From positions 23,808,001 to 23,872,000 of the forward strand of contig OZ241833.1 in NCBI GenBank assembly GCA_965202585.1: a stretch of 64,000 nucleotides of DNA, given 5' to 3'. Below the pieces are notes generated by a model, which was not told the DNA's origin, ran no database searches, and was given only the letters and a program-made list of their open reading frames with translations. The position numbers and the translations under genes were made by a program. Source of the DNA: Thalia democratica. Its lineage: Eukaryota. The stretch's first letter is position 1. Each line of letters starts with the position of its first letter. This document shows positions 24,601 to 37,700 of the stretch, piece after piece.

Positions 24601-27600
24601 TTTACTTCATAAAAGTTTTGGTTTTTACCTAGAACTCATCTTTATTTAAATTGAATTAGTTATAACTTTTTTAAGTGTTTTTTTACATTTATTTGGATAT
24701 AGAGAAATATATAAGTTTATGTAAACTTGTTTATAACTTTTTTTTTCAAGCTTAGAACAATTGTCGTCTCAAATGTACCAAAATTTTAGTGATTGAAATA
24801 TGTGGTGAGAAATGGAGGTCTGTCATGGGCATTATTTTCAACATGGGTTTTGCGATCGGATACAGCTGTTTAAGCGGATTCGCATACAAGTGGCGAAATT
24901 GGAGAAACCTGCAACTTGCAATCTCATTTGTACCAGTTCCTTTTATATTGATGTGGTATTTTGTTCCTGAATCACCAAGGTAAGGTTTTTTTATAAGGCT
25001 AGTTAAACTAACAAAATAATAAATAAAAACCTATTGGTAAACATAACTTTTTTTAACTTATAAACTAATGTACAAAAATTTTAATATTAGTATTAGATAA
25101 GCAATCTAGAATATATATGTATATAAGTTGAATAAAAATATATTATTTGATAGATTTAACTCTGAAACATATATGATTTTTTAGGTGGCTGTTTAGCAAG
25201 AGCAAGAATGGCAAAGCAATTAAAATTAGTAAGCAACTGGCATCGAAAAATGGAAAAGAATTTTCAAAATCTGTTTTTGAAAGAGCTGCTGATAGTGGTG
25301 AAAAGTTAAAAGTAAAAACTATTAGTTCAGTAAAATTAAAACTGAAGCATTCATTTGCTTTTTTTTTCTTTATGTAATTCTTTGTCATGTTGATTTACTA
25401 GAAATATGTTTTATAAAAATAGATTATACACTAGACAACTACATTTTAAAATAACTTAAGCTCTTTTTAAATTAATAGTCTACAGATTAAAAACGTTTAA
25501 TAAAACCTAGTTGAGCTAGTTAAATTTAGTTTTGCTTCATACTAGTTAAATAACATGTTTATACAATTAGAAAGTAAGAATTGTTTAAAATTATAAATTG
25601 TTGTAACTCGATTCCTTTTAATAAATGCATTAAGGCTAACATGCTTTGTGTTTAGTGAGTCATTAATTGACTTGTAACACAACTGTGTTCCAAAAAGTAA
25701 TGGCTTAATAAACTATATGCTTAACATTTACACACAACTTAAACAAAGCTTTTACTCCGTGTTAAGTAAACTGTTGAGTGTTTTCATTTTAAATCAAACC
25801 ATTTAATGTTAGGCATAACTTCCACAGGCTTCTTCGAACACATTCAAAAGCTATTCCCAATATGAGCTTTTCAAAAGACCGAAAATGAGGATGATTACAA
25901 TCAATTTGATGTTTAACTGGTTTGTAGTATCACTCGTTTATTACGGGCTGTCCCTCAATTCTGGCGCTCTTGCAGGTAGCTTTATGCAATAAGTACATGC
26001 TTAAACTGTTTAAAAATATGGTTAGCTATTTTATGAAGTTAAAGCATATACACATTTAAAAACCTATGTAGTATATTAACTTTACAAAAGTTTTTTTTTG
26101 TGACTTTATATTTTTAAGGTAAAACTTAAAACTGCACAATTTGGTATTTGTGAAGAATTATCAGCGCTTTAAACTTGATAAAAAATTACATTTCAGTAAG
26201 TTGTAACATTTCTAATCTCTTTACTTTTTATTAAAAAAAATTAAATTAAATTTCAGGCTCGACTTTTTTGAATAACTTTCTCGGAGGAGTAGTAGAGCTT
26301 GCAATCTACATTGTTCTAATTTTTACTATTGACAAGTTTAGTAGAAAACAGTCCCTAGGGTATAGTTTGCTTATTGGCGGAGTTGCTTGCTTGGCTTCGA
26401 CAGTCTGCAACCATTATTCTGACACCAACGAAAGTAAATTTATTAGTAGCTAAGAACACAGTTGATAACTCAACCGAAAAATTTTAGCCAGTCATACCAA
26501 CTAGCTATTTTAAAGCATACTTTATCTAAAGCTATTGAAATATTCTTGGTAGTAGTAATAAAAAACTATGTTGCTTGTTGAACAGTATTTTTAGTTATTG
26601 GAAGTAAATTTCTAAGCATTTTACTCAAACTTTAGTACTACTTTAGTATTGATAGAAACGTTGTTTTAGCTAGTTTTTGTTTAATAATATCTTTTGATTA
26701 AAAATAATCTAGTTATGTATGTAAAAGTTAAAAGATAACCTTTGTAGCTTAATGCTATTTTTAAATTACAAAAATTTTAAGTACGTTTATTAAGGTACTT
26801 ATCTTAAAATCCATATTTCATCATTACAAACTTGTAAAGTGAAACTTACTTAATTTTGTTAATATAGAATATAAATTAACCCTTTCTAAAAACTTTTAAT
26901 ATAACAAATATGTTAGATTATTACAAGTCAATATAGAAATTAGATTTTTGACAAAATTTTTATCAATAAACTTTTCTTCAGAACTCTCTACAGCAGCAAC
27001 AGTTTTTGCGTTGATGGGAAAAATGGCAATATCCGGTTCATTCGCAATAGTTTACAATTACAGTGCTGAAGTTTATCCAACTTGCGTCAGGTAATTTTTC
27101 CCACCTATTGCTGATGAGCTCGTTAGTACTGTTAAGTTGATTAGCGAAAGTTTTATTTTTGTTTATTCTGACTTTTTCAATTTTTCAACTTACCTTTTTT
27201 AAGATGGTAAAAAGTGTAATTAAGATATCAACTCTAAATGAAATGTGTTGAAGATATAAACATAGATGTCATTACTGTAATTGTCAGTTCAAAAGTTGAC
27301 AACTACTATATTTTTATATATAAAAGAAATCTAAACGGTACATGTAATTAAAACCGCACTTGTAGACCAACACTATATTTCGTTTTCAGTTTATCTCTCT
27401 TGATTAATTAAACTAACTTATAAAAAAATGTTGTACCAAAAATCAATTGAAGGTACTGTTTATTACCAATTTTTTAATTATTGTATCTATCTTTCGTGTA
27501 AATAAATAACAGAAGTACTGGTATGGGAGTGGTTTCAATGGCCTCAAGAATTGGAGGTATTGCTACCCCTTTCACCCTGCAACTCCAGTACAGCATACCC

Positions 27601-28380
27601 TGGCTTACTAGCGTTTGTTTATTAAATCTAAAATGTTTATCTGCGAAATTTTAATTTAATGCATCAGTACTTGAAAGTCTTGGGTTGAAAGTATGTTATA
27701 TGGTTAAATTTAAAAACGTTGTTAAATGAGAGTTCATCACAATAAAAACTTATAAAGATGTTTGAGTAGTTTTAAATAAAATAAATTATCTTTTAAGTAC
27801 TAAACTGATATATTTTGTTATTTCATTTAAAAACTTTAAAGTTTCTTTTTGTACTTATCAATAACTTATCAAGCTCGTCAAAAAAAAATTTAGGTAATAT
27901 TTGGAATATTTGCACTAGCAGCCGGCTTTCTTTCGTTTTTTCTTCCAGAAACAAAAGATAAAAAGATGCCAACCACTCTAGATGAAGCTGAAAAATTTTA
28001 TAGAGGAGAATTGTAAGTTATTATATAATTTGAAATTTTTTTTTTAAATATACTGACGAATAACATGACAAAGCTAAATTAGTGGTGTTTTACTTAAAAA
28101 TTTAACAGAGTAGAAATTTAAGTTGATAAAAAATTCTGAACAATAATGGTCAAGTAATACTGACTAATATAACAAAGCTAAACTAATGGTGTTTATTAAA
28201 GATGTATTTAAAACAAAGAGCTTTTTTAAACTAATTTTGAAAATTTATGAACCAACTTGATATAGTTAAAATGATAGCACAGAAACGCAATTGAACAATC
28301 ATGTTAAGTTATATTAATTCATATACATTAATTTTATTTTTAGACACGAACTTATTGAAGAAAAGGAAGTCAAACTTTAA
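21652..28380 (+). CDS. SLC22 family organic ion transporter (MFS), copy A, 572 aa
   Basis: 14 phase-consistent exons: 21652-21808, 21880-21928, 22013-22106, 22607-22759, 23323-23426, 24317-24471, 24790-24979, 25185-25311, 25828-25975, 26257-26433, 26982-27090, 27513-27612, 27894-28012, 28344-28380. SLC22 motifs: Cys-rich TM1-2 loop ending [63 protein letters not shown]. Confidence 0.95.
22983..23062 (+). repeat. Partial copy of the hairpin-forming repeat, in SLC22-A intron 4
   Basis: cgataatcgaaatgttctatatgcaccaggtcctatgacc..ttgacgttcaataaac. Confidence 0.7.
23160..23240 (+). repeat. Copy of the hairpin-forming repeat, in SLC22-A intron 4
   Basis: ggtggtgtacgactcaataaccgaaagttttttgtacaccaggtcc..aaactttttgagcgc. 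Confidence 0.8.
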
Positions 28381-28684
28381 AAAGACTTTATTTTTACTTG
28401 AGTTTTGTACGAATATGCAAAAGGTGTCTTCAAAATATCTAAAAGCGCATTTTACATGATTATTTTTCGTGATTCTTATTTTGTTGAAGTTTACTTTTTC
28501 TAATAAAGTTTTTAAAAAGCTATTAATTGTATATACTATATGACGTATAAATCATAGGAAAACTTAATTCATTAAAAAAGATAAAAAGCTTGAACGGTAT
28601 ATAGTTTAAAAAAAAATTAATAAAAAAGAACGATGTTTGAATTATGTATATTAATTATTTTATAGTTAATTAAACACAAAAAAG

Positions 28685-28770
28685 AAATCGACGCTCAAAA
28701 AAATGATCAAACAAAATGACGCACAAAAAGACCTCGCGGTAATCGAGCTGCATATTACTAATGTTAACTA
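28685..28770 (-). repeat. Degenerate copy of the hairpin-forming repeat
   Basis: cgctcaaaaa..gacct..cggtaatcgag matches the reverse complement of the family consensus only in patches. Confidence 0.45.
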
Positions 28771-30499
28771 ACACTAGTTAAATAAGCAGATTTCGTATGT
28801 TATGACTTACTGTTTATCCTCAGAAATGAATAAAACTCCTTATGCATTTATTTTACATCATTAACTAAATTCAACGCTTTTTTTAATTCTTAAAAGTTCA
28901 CAGTTTTACTTTATTAACATAAATATTGCTTTCATGCTGAATAAACAAAAATAAAAAAGTCTATAGTTGCTTAAGTACATAAGGAATGATACAAGTACAA
29001 AAATTGATTTTGTGCAAGTTTTACTTTGACTAATAATTTTAAAATATAATTTAAAGATCGTTTTTTTAATTTTGTAAGATAAAAAAATCTAGTTAAGTAT
29101 TTGTATTTTTTCTAAGTTTTAATTTGGTATAGTTTTAAAATTTCTACCTCTTTTCGCAATAAAAAAGTTACACTACAAAATGCTTTTTCTTCAGTTTAAG
29201 TTGTCCAAAATAAGCATTCTAGAATAACTGTTTTAACTATTTTTTTTAGTATTGTTTCTTTTAGAACTTTAGGGATATGTTTTATTTAGTTGAAATAACT
29301 AAAAGTGTTTGTTTTAAAGGGAAACCTAGTTCTAAAAATCTCCAAAAAAAACTAAATTTGTTAAATATCCTTTTATTTTGTATAGAACTCTATGACTACA
29401 AAATCTTTCAATATATTTCAAAAATTAGTTGTATCAAACTTTAAAAATAAAAAAGTTTTAACTGTTTATTTTTTTTAATAAAGATAGTTTCAATAAACTT
29501 TTTTTGAATCTAATTATGTAAAACTGAGGAAATTTATGTGTTTCACAAATATAAAAAGCATCTTATTTAAAAGTTTTAAAAGATTATAATTTTTAGTTTA
29601 CAAATAAAATCTCAAAAATTTCTATCAAAGTATATCTTAATAAAATGTGACTTATTAGTATTATTTTATCAAAACTAAATAATTTTTTTTATACACTAAA
29701 TAATATTTTTAAACTAAACTTGTTTGAGATCTATTCACGGCCAATAACAAAGCAAATATTGATAAATGTGATAACCTCGATTTTTTTAACCTTTCATGTT
29801 TTATTTTATTTAAAAATAATACTATTAGATTGCCTTTATTGATGTTAAAAATTTTTCTTTAAATTTTAAATAAAGGTTTATAAACATGTTAAAATTATAT
29901 TAAAAATTATTTTTACTGTGCTTTAATTGAACAACTGTAGTGTTTTTGTATGTACTACATCTTTTATTTTATATAAAACAAAAAAAAAAGTTTAAACTAA
30001 AGTTTTTTTTATTTAGTACTTGTGAAATAAGTTTATAATAAATTATTTGTAAATAAGAACATATAAATAAAATATTATAACCAATATGTACAAACTCTTT
30101 GAATTAAAACTTTAATTATTTTAGACACTTTCAAAATAGTTCAAAGTTATGTTGTTTCAAAGTATACATTTCCGTACTAAATTAAGTTTTTAGTTCTTAA
30201 ATTATCTACATGCTAACTTAATATTAGTTTATTATAAATTTCATAGACTTATACTTCTTCTAATAATCTTTATACTGTAAAAAAAAAATTCATTATAATC
30301 CTCCAAAGACTATTTAGCTAAGAATAATCTTTAAGCGGTCTGCAAGGAATTTAAATATCAAAACAACCCCCTTTATTACGCAAACTTGTACAGCCAATAA
30401 AACTTTAAATATTCGTTGCTTTGTAAGGTTTTTAAATTTATATGATATTTTTTAGATTAAAACATAAGTTTGTAAACAAGTTCCTCAATATAAATTGGC

Positions 30500-30625
30500 T
30501 TTCGATAAAGAATGTGTGGTGTTCATATATAGGCAAAAGTGCATCCTATTTACAGAAACTAAATTAATCAGTACAAATTTGTTTAGCGACAGACAAAGTA
30601 AACTTTGTAGAGTAATTTTGAAACG
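30500..30625. other. Non-coding block downstream of SLC22-A, paralogous to 44770-44890
   Basis: gtgtg..gtgtt.at.tata.gcaaaagt.ca.cct.tttacag.aa.t.aa.taatcagtacaaatttgtttagcg..aga.aaagta.a is shared by both positions. Confidence 0.75.
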
Positions 30626-32526
30626 TTTTTTATAAACAAATATTTTTTTCCGACTTGTAAAACATTACCTAACTATCTAACAAGTAATATTACTACTAAA
30701 TACTAAATTTTTTTAAATATGTTACTACAAAAGTGAATTTTTCATTAGTAAAATTTGTTTCTTCTAAAACATACACAACCTTTTTAAACTTATCATTTTG
30801 TTAGTAATTCTGTTTTAAGTTTGAGGAATTATAAAGTTGAATATAAATTCTAACTGATCCTGCTTATCTTTATATTTTTTATTTTATAAATTTAACTTCA
30901 AATTGACCTTTTAGTTGAATTCAAACATCTCTTGTAACTTGAAACATTTTTCAAGTTAAGTTCATTTAAGTTTTAAAAGTCTTTAAATTTTTATTGTTTG
31001 TTTTGATTTTTATAAGCGCAAAAAACGTTTCAACAAGAGCTTTTAACTTATTAATGGTTAAAAAGTAATAATAAATGTCACCTATAAAGTTTACCACAAA
31101 ACTTCAAAACCATAAAAACTTTTTACAAGCAATTAAGTCATCTCCAATGTTTTTTTCAATTAAAAACTTCATAGAAAACTTTTATTATTATGTTTTGTTA
31201 ACCTTGAAGAAATCTTGATGTTGTTGCCGTTAAAAATTAAGAAACTTATTTCCTAAATATTTTTAGCAATAAGTTTATACTTTCAAACAAAAAAAGTAAA
31301 CTCTATTTTTTTTATAACATAACTCGAACAACTAAAACAACATAATCTTTAAATACAATTATTAACATTTTAAATTATAAAATTATAAGTGAGTTAAGAT
31401 AAGTTGTAAAACACATTAAAACACTTGTTTCTTATATTTTTCCGAAAGTAAAACTAAAAATTAATCATGAAAAAAACTATAATAACGGTCAATTAAGTAG
31501 TTAACCGTAAGTTTTTTTTTTTGTTATCTGACTCTAATTTGTTCAACAAATATAAATAAATATAGCACACTAGGTTATAAAGACACATCTTGTTTTGAAT
31601 AAATAATTAATGACAGTTTAATTCTTATATTTTACTTGGTCGTAATCAACACTTTAAAAGTAGTATATAAGAAAACTTTACGTGTCATATTACTAAACTT
31701 AAATACTTGTAATTTACTATGTTTTAATTTTTCGTTTAAAGTCATACAAAGATGCAACAAGTTTTTAGCATTAATATATTTAATTTGATAACTAGGTAAA
31801 CTTATATGATATCTAAAAATTTTTTAAATATTAGAACAGACTTATTAAAAACATAGAAATACTTAGATTCCTCAAATATAAAACAAAATTAATGAAACAT
31901 AAAGATTTTATTAATTTGCAACTTTTTAAACATTGCTATTTCATGAAGCACAAAAACGTTTAGATATACGTACTTTTAAGGTTTTAATTATAGTTTGTTG
32001 AGCAAATTGACCTTATAGCAATCTTAATCAGGTTTTATTAACTGAATAAAAAAATTTCAAGTCTACTTTTTTAAGGACAAGTAATGTAGTACTTTTTAAT
32101 ATTAAACTATTGTTTTGTATATATAAACAAAATAAATAGTTGTTAGATTAATTAGCACTATTATTGCAATGAAAGTAAATATATTCTGTATAAAAAAATA
32201 TCAAAAATTAAAACTAAGTTTTATCAGAATTTTTACATGGAAATTAACATTGTTTCATGCAAACTAAACAGCAAAAATCGCAAATTCTCTTATTTTCTAG
32301 ATCATTTATAAAGAAATTATTGTCAAAATTCCTTCTTAAATATGTAAACAGTGTACGTATAGATTATTCTTTTCAAGTAGTTTAAAGTGTATCTGTTTCA
32401 AAAACATCTGTTTAAGTTACTTTTCAATCGTCAGTACACTTGAATTTACAAAATCATTACTAAAATGTTTACAGTTTTACAACATAAGATTACTTCAAAA
32501 ATTTATATAGAAATTACTTTTGTAGG

Positions 32527-32876
32527 TAGGTGTCAGAAATGCACAAAGGGACTTTTTTACACAGCGAAACTTTTGCATTAAGAGAGTTTTGCACGAGGGG
32601 TCACTTTTGCACCGCTGACAGTTTAGCACGGTTTGAATTGTTTGTCGTTTTTTTTTTTTGTTTCTTACTATCGCTGTTACCTTTACTTCTAATCAGTATT
32701 TTTTATTATTATTGTTTTTTTTACTATCACTCTTATTCCTAACCCTTACTCTTGGTCAGTATATTATCACTATCATTAACAGTTTAACCCTAGTGCAAAA
32801 GTTTCACTAGTGCAAAGTTGACCCTCCGTTCAAAATTGACTGTTCGTGCAAAAGTGTATTCATACAAAACTGACCA
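32527..32876. mobile_element. Non-autonomous foldback/MITE-like element with inverted arrays of ~17-bp subterminal repeats
   Basis: The left arm has repeats of ACTTTTGCAC-like units with a ~17-bp period. The right arm has inverted GTGCAAAAGT units. A low-complexity tattatc/aaccct spacer lies between them. Confidence 0.7.
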
Positions 32877-33864
32877 ATCTCGACTCTTATACTAATAGTT
32901 TTTCATTGATTATTATACAATATTAAAACGTTTAAATACTTTGCTGTAAAATAAAGACATACCGACTAATTATGATTGTTACAATAATCAAATTCTTATT
33001 TGATTTATAAAATCTTATCATTTAGACTAAAAAATTAAAATAACAATTTTAACATTTTTTTCTTAAATGTAACTTAATTAAGAGGATTATAAAAAACTAC
33101 TTACATAAATTATTAAAAGAGAGTTTGTTTTAAAAGTTAAACCTTAAACCTTTTTATCATTTTTATTATTTAAAGTTTATCTTTAGAGCTATAAAATTTA
33201 TAGGAATATGTAGAGCTATACTAGCAATATTTTAATTTAATTTAAATTTAACTTTAAATTTATATATCGTTTGATTGTTTTCAAACTAGTTAAATTGTTT
33301 TGAAAACGCGATACTATACAAAACTTTAATAAGTTTTTTACAAACTATGTTTTAAAATTTAGACTTATGCATATAGATGACATTTTTTACATTAAAGTAC
33401 AACAGCATTATTAAAACGATAAATTTGTAGATGTTTAAAGCTATTTATTTTGGGAGCACGACAATTCAAATTCTCAAAATTTTTCATAAATGGGTACAAC
33501 TTATTAGATAAATTTACTAAAAGTAATATAAAGTATGTAAAATGATTAACATATGTAGCCATAATTAACACCTACTCACCATTTTTTTTCTTTGCAAGTT
33601 TAAAAAAAATTTTTAGAGATATGGTTAAAATGAGTTTAAAAATATGCTAATTTTTTATAAATTTAAAATTTTTTTTTTAATAGTTTTTATTTTCAGTATA
33701 TCTTTTATTATCAAAAATTTAACTTTAACAGATGTACAACTGCTTTATTTATTTATTTAAATACGAATACTTTTAGAGATATGGTCTATTTTTTTTTTTT
33801 TAGTATTTGAGTTGTTAAAATTTGAATTGTCATGTAACCATTTATTTTCAATAAAAAATGTTTA

Positions 33865-34160
33865 AGTCATTATCAAAGTTTGAAATTTAAGCAACGCCTT
33901 TTTTAAACATTCACGAATCAAAAAACAAAGAAAATTTTTTTAATAGTTTTAGAACTACTGTAAATCACAAAAGCATTGTTTTTAAACACTAAACAAAAAC
34001 TGACCTTGATAAAATTGTTTAATCATAAACTTTAAAACATACAGTATACAAAAACAACTTTTTTTTTTTGATATCTATTGAACTTTGAATTTATATGCAT
34101 AAATTATTGGGTAGAAAAAATAGGTCTTCACTTAAACTTCGACATTGAGTTTAGCTGTTT
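33865..34160 (+). promoter_or_regulatory. Non-coding block upstream of SLC22 copy B, paralogous to 20870-21120
   Basis: Direct alignment by eye with the block upstream of copy A. Confidence 0.6.
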
Positions 34161-34730
34161 AAGCTTTTTTTTCAGTCTTACTCCTTTAAAGTTTAATTAT
34201 AAAGCATTAAGTTTACATGCTAATCTTAAAACGATTATACTGAAATTTAAAAATTTTTAAACTGCCTTTTTTTGTTAGTTTTTTAAAAGATTTCAATCTA
34301 CATTTTATATTTTTCTTATTATATATCTTAATAAAAGTTTAGTAAACGACATTTTATATTTTTTTAACAAAGCATAAAAACAAAAAGCAATAAAAGCAAA
34401 TAAGCTTAATTTTATACATAGTCAGAAACCATTTTTTAAAAAGAACAAAATAGATATTTTATTTTTGACAAAAAAGTAGTATTCTGAAAGTAATGAGTAG
34501 TTTTTTTATTAATTTTTATCATTTTAATTAAATAAAATTATTTTATATATAAAACTAAACTGAAAAAAAGTTTGCTTTTCTCAAACTCAATTATATGATA
34601 TAGATAGATCAGATTTTTTTAGAAATTAGTGTATAATTTATCTAGAACAGGTTGAGCCTATTAGTAACAGTATAAATTTAAAATAATTAAAAGAAAATAC
34701 TAACTACGTAGAAATCAAAAGCAAGCAGAA

Positions 34731-37700
34731 ATGAAAAGTGAAAACAAATTTTACGATTTTGATATCATTCTAAAAGAAATAGGTGGTTTAGAAAAGTACC
34801 AACTGTTTATATGTTTGGTTGTTTTTTGGATTTCAATACCATCAGGTCAGCTCCGTTACACCTTGTTAATTTAATCAAATTAGTTTTGCATTATTTTGTG
34901 TATATGTTTATAACATATTTAACTCTAGGATTCATTGAAGTTTCACCAGTTTTTCTTCAAGCTACACCACGTTACAGGTAGTTCGTAGTTTTCATTACTT
35001 ATATCAAACATATGTTCGTATAACGTTAATTAATTGTAATACTTATTCAGGTGTAATTTGTCACCTTTGGACGACAAAGAAGTTTATAATCTCACCGAAA
35101 ACAATTTAAAAGAGCAGTTGTTACCTATAAACTCAATAACTTATGTTAGTTTTAATGGTGTGTATGACTCACATAGTTAAATTGAGTTAACTATGATTAA
35201 ATTGATTTTTGTCTTCAAACACTTTGTCGAGTTATTAGCAGTAATAAAAAAATTTTTGAAAAAATATCATCTAAAAATGTTATAAAAAATGAACTTGAAA
35301 TTTTTTTTTAGTTTGTTGTATATTTTTGTTTCACAAGCATATTTGATGCTGCTGTTTTACAAAGGCACAGTTTGTTATTGAATATTATCGAACCAATTTT
35401 TTTCAAACTGATTTTACTTTTAATTTTTATAATATCACTTTTTATTAACTTAAAACCATTTACACAGAGATAAAATTTATAAATTTTATAGTATATAATC
35501 TTATATTATCAAAATTCTTAACCAATACAGAAAAACTATGATAATATTTTACAATAAAAATAATCATATGGTATACTTTTAACTCTATTTTTAACTCTAT
35601 TTTTAGAGTATAACAAAGCACAGATAAAAAAAAACAATATTTTTAACTTAATAAACAGGATTATGATAAATGTAGTAGATACAACTATGATTTATCATCT
35701 TGTGATACTACACTCAGTTGCATTCAACCAACAAATGTTTCTTCTACTATTTCGTGCGATCAAGGAATGTGGTTTGATGAGTCTGTATACCAAAGCACTG
35801 TTATTACTGAGGTAAAAACTATAAGATTTTGTTTATTTACCTCCTTTGAATTTTAATTTTTATGTTTACTCTACTGAAATGTACTTTCGAGTATTCAAAA
35901 TCTTTTTTGATTTTCAATATAGTAGCCAGTATATGTTATTACAAATCAGCTTAAAACATTAGCTTAAAAACACTTAAATTGGTATAAAGGTTTTTTTATA
36001 AAGTTTCTTAAAGTTTATTCTTGTCGTATTTTTAAAAAATAAACCATTCGAAAAGTTGTAACAAAAAAAATAATTGTATCACGCAAAATTAACTATGTTA
36101 AAACTTAACACGTTTAATAAAACCAAACGCTTTTTTCAGGAAGCTACTTATAATAAAATTTTAAAGTTATCAAGTAAATTTCTTTTATCCATAGTAAATA
36201 GAATCGTTTTACAGTTCGAACTAGTATGCGATAAAACAACTTTAGCTTCGTTACTAACATCTTTGTTTTTCGTTGGTGAATTGATTGGCGGCCTGATTGG
36301 AGGAAACATCATTGATAGGTTAATTATAACACTAGTTTACTTCTTAATTAGCTAAATAGCATTTTTCTGTTTAAGTGTGGTACTTTACTTCGCAATAAAA
36401 CAAACATTTAAATCAAAACTTTCCTTCAACTATTATTTTACGAAAACTTGTTGAAACTTGTTTAGTAAATCGTATATTTAAACGGATAGTTTAATTGTTA
36501 TCAAGTTTTATTCATTTGAACAATTCTTAGAAGTTTGTTATAAACTATTAAGGCAGAATAAATTTAAAAAAATTAAAAACAAAAGTAAAATAAAAAGCAA
36601 GAAATACATAATTATCTTACATAAATTAAAAAAAAAGTATTTAAAATATATTTATAATAAATAATAAATAAATAGTATAAGAATTACTATCAGAAACTTC
36701 TTATAATTTTCTTAATAACTACCTAAAACGTTTTAATCGACAAATTTTAGATAAATTAAGTAATTAATTAATTTAATTTATTTCTAATTAACATATCAAA
36801 TACGAAATAGCTTAATTTAATAGTTAAGTTTTAGTTAAGTTTTATTATTCTAATATTATTTGATACGAGTTAAAATTGTAATCATATATAAAACTTTGTA
36901 AGTTTTATAACGAAACACGAATTAATTAAAACAGTTTACAACATTTAACTCTTTTTATTCTTATTTGTGAAGATTTTTATGATGCATATCTAATTTAAGT
37001 TTCGAACACTAAAAAAATTGTTTTCTAAATTAATTTAAAAAAAATTAAACTAAACTTATGTAGCTACTAGAACTAAATTATCAATAAATAACACTTTTGT
37101 AATGTTTTTAAACTATTTACTGAGTAAATTCTTGTTCTCTTATCTCATTTAACTATTTTACCAAGAAAACTTAATATTTAAAATACACTTTTGGGATTCT
37201 TTTTCAACTCAAAAACTTGTAGGGTCGGAAGGAGTCCAGCTATGCTAGTCACTCAACTTGCATTAGTTGGGACATGCATTGGTACTTCTTATTCAACTAG
37301 TGTTGCCATGTATGCTGCGTTGAGACTCGTCACAGCATTGTTTCAGACAACTGGTTACATTGCAGCTTTTGTTTTCGGTAAGAATGTGAGTTTTGGCTGA
37401 AACTTATAGATAGTTTCAAATACGAGTTCAAATTACATATTTTTTAAAGAGCAAATTGTATATAGAAATAGTATGACCTACTTCGCTGTCATTAACTAAA
37501 CAACAATAGAGTCTTCGAAATTTATATAAATGTCTTTAAACTTTAAACCTTTGTTTTGTTTTTCGCGCCAAGTTTACAACAATTAAATTCTTATATGTGC
37601 ACTAATTTTAGTGATGGAAATATGTGGTGAAAAATGGAGGTCTGTCATGGGCATTATTTTCAACATGGGTTTCGCCATCGGGTACAGCTGTTTAAGCGGA

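Noticed and set aside
25143-25388. Minus-strand ORFs at 25143-25388 and 41529-41819
   Set aside because: Antisense to SLC22 exons and flanking introns; low-complexity K/F/I/L/N composition.
26434-26453. Conserved in-frame read-through SK/RFISS-stop after exon 10 in both SLC22 copies, as a truncated isoform
   Set aside because: Only about 20 nt of intron similarity, expected from shared ancestry; it would delete the last TM helices and has no independent support.
27080-27152. Hammerhead-like CTGATGA...GAAA core next to a GTC
   Set aside because: Stems I and III cannot be closed in the canonical register, and GAAA is lost in the paralogous copy (gctaaag).
32530-32742. 70-aa hydrophobic ORF that looks like a membrane peptide
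   Set aside because: It is produced by the repeat arm and T-rich spacer of the foldback-like element.
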